From: an uncultured bacterium
GTDB taxonomy: Bacteria > Verrucomicrobiota > Verrucomicrobiia > Limisphaerales > UBA8199
Direction of reading: 5' to 3'
NCBI GenBank assembly: GCA_963749495.1
Contig: CAVVMW010000010.1
Location: 288,001 to 352,000, forward strand
DNA length: 64,000 nucleotides
The position numbers and the translations under genes were made by a program. The notes beneath the pieces were generated by a model, which saw only the letters and a list, made by a program, of their open reading frames with translations, did no database searches and was not told the origin of the DNA. Below, in pieces: positions 62,506-64,000 of this stretch. Every line of letters starts with the position of its first letter. Position 1 is the first letter of the stretch.

Positions 62506-64000
62506 ATGGCTAACGACGGCCTGATTCCACTCCCTGCATTCAACGCGGTCGCGCGCACAGCGGTTGACTTTGTGGCTCAGGGCAAAAACGTGGCAATCGT
62601 TGCGCCACCCGGTGCAGGCACATCGTCGCTGGCTTCCGCGGTCCAAGGCGGCCTGCTTGCTGGTCGCATTCCGTTCGGCGCCTTCAACTGCATCGGTGAA
62701 GGACAACTGGCAGACAGGCTGGCTGCGCTCAAAGCACCCAAGCTCAAGAAGGGAAAGCCGCGCGTCATTCTGATAGACCACGCGGCGTCGCTACCCGTCA
62801 CCCAACTTCAAACGGTCGTTGACCGGATACGCCAGCTTGAAACCAACGTGCCAATTGCCCAGCTTTGGCTCGGCCCTCTCGACTCCCGTTCCCTCAAGGC
62901 CGCAGCCAACATTGACCTCCACACCGATATCCGGACGCACCTGTGCGTGCCTGAATTGGGCCGCGACAACTTGCTCCGTCTCTACCGCGCCATCGCCAAG
63001 CGCAAGGATCGCTTGTGGGGCGAGGCGATGCTCTACTTCGCGCTCGACTGGTGCGGCAACGACCTCGCTTTGGCCGAGCAGGTGGTCGAGCACTTTTACG
63101 GGAACTGGACGGAGCACATCTACGACGCAGAAGTGGCGGAATGTTTGCAGAAATGGCTGACCGAAAGTGGAGCCGTACGCGGGTATCGTCAGCGCTTTGC
63201 CGCATTGCCAGATGTCTGTAAGGAGAAACTCCGTCTCTTATGCGGTGGCGGCAAACTCATATCCCATCGCCCGGAAGTTCATCTGGAAACCTCCGGAGAC
63301 ATCCGGGGCCTCTTTCTCGCCGGTTTTCTCTGCGCCAACCTGCTACCCGGCTATTGCCAGCTCCGCAATCTCACGGCCCGCTTCATCGTCGAGGAGCACA
63401 TGGCCCTCCAACCGGATCCCATTGAACTCCTCCGCCACGCCGCCAACACCCGGGTGAACCTGCTGTTGCAGGATGCCAAGGTCTCCTTGCGCGGCATCCT
63501 CAAAACGTTGTTTCGGCAGATGCCGCCCGATGAGGTAAAGCGCCTCCTCAAGAGCACCAGGACCAAGCAGCGGCTCATGGGCGAAGATTGTCGCGCGAGA
63601 CTGGTGGACTGGGCCGGGCAGCAAACGCCCCCCGGCCACCCTGACCTCAGACAGAGCCTCGGGAAGTTTCTGGGCTTGGAGAGCGCGCGCTTCGACGCCG
63701 CCCACAACCTCTGGTCGGAAGTGTGTGACGTCTTCCGCGCAGCCTACGGACTCGAAAACACCAATTCCGAGCCAACCGCTGAACAGGCTGCAAGCTGTCT
63801 AACGTTCAGACAACTCAGCAACCTGCTGCAAACACTGAGTAAAAAGCTTTTCCTTGAAAAGCCTAGGTCCACGCGCCTGGTTGAACCGCCAAACAAGCGC
63901 TGGCCCGGCTACCTGGCCCGCGTCAACCGCCTCCGTAACGATGCCGCGCACCTGCGCAACATCAGTTTTCAAGACATCGAGGATCTACTGCAAACCCTCG
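62506..64000 (+). CDS. Degenerate STAND-like NTPase fused to C-terminal HEPN (Swt1-like); runs off the window
   Basis: Not in the ORF track; hand translation is open from ATG 62506 to the edge, with APPGAGTSS, VILIDH, LTFRQL..L and LRNDAAH. Confidence 0.82.
   Translation, partial: MANDGLIPLPAFNAVARTAVDFVAQGKNVAIVAPPGAGTSSLASAVQGGLLAGRIPFGAFNCIGEGQLADRLAALKAPKLKKGKPRVILIDHAASLPVTQLQTVVDRIRQLETNVPIAQLWLGPLDSRSLKAAANIDLHTDIRTHLCVPELGRDNLLRLYRAIAKRKDRLWGEAMLYFALDWCGNDLALAEQVVEHFYGNWTEHIYDAEVAECLQKWLTESGAVRGYRQRFAALPDVCKEKLRLLCGGGKLISHRPEVHLETSGDIRGLFLAGFLCANLLPGYCQLRNLTARFIVEEHMALQPDPIELLRHAANTRVNLLLQDAKVSLRGILKTLFRQMPPDEVKRLLKSTRTKQRLMGEDCRARLVDWAGQQTPPGHPDLRQSLGKFLGLESARFDAAHNLWSEVCDVFRAAYGLENTNSEPTAEQAASCLTFRQLSNLLQTLSKKLFLEKPRSTRLVEPPNKRWPGYLARVNRLRNDAAHLRNISFQDIEDLLQTL

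Noticed and set aside
54608..64000. Calling the operon BREX, DISARM or a plain Type IIG R-M system
   Set aside because: No PglZ, BrxL or DrmA/B/D is visible and HerA plus HEPN are not core parts of those systems as I know them. Downstream sequence is unseen, so this remains open.

Overview
GC-rich bacterial chromosome segment, probably Verrucomicrobiota (inferred from the kdsA-lptC/A-lptB-hprK-ptsH-gatC run, several Tat-exported Gfo/Idh/MocA oxidoreductases, DUF1080 and prepilin-type proteins). Most of 1-54 kb is housekeeping, transport and envelope genes, interrupted by decayed defence/toxin-antitoxin islets (15.2, 27.3-30.1, 40.0-41.9, 51.2-52.2 kb). Intergenic space is dense with palindromic repeat families and many different period-7 microsatellites. 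From about 54.6 kb to the right edge is a tightly coupled six-gene operon: PLD-fold nuclease, AAA+ ATPase, HerA ATPase, unknown protein, large N6-adenine methyltransferase with an apparently dead nuclease domain, and an ORF missing from the supplied track (degenerate P-loop NTPase fused to HEPN). It is the best candidate for an undescribed BREX/DISARM-like anti-phage system. Many single-base frameshifts in ordinary genes suggest sequencing or assembly errors, so pseudogene calls are tentative. No tRNA, rRNA, CRISPR array or intact transposase was recognised. All family calls come from motif recognition by eye, not database searches.
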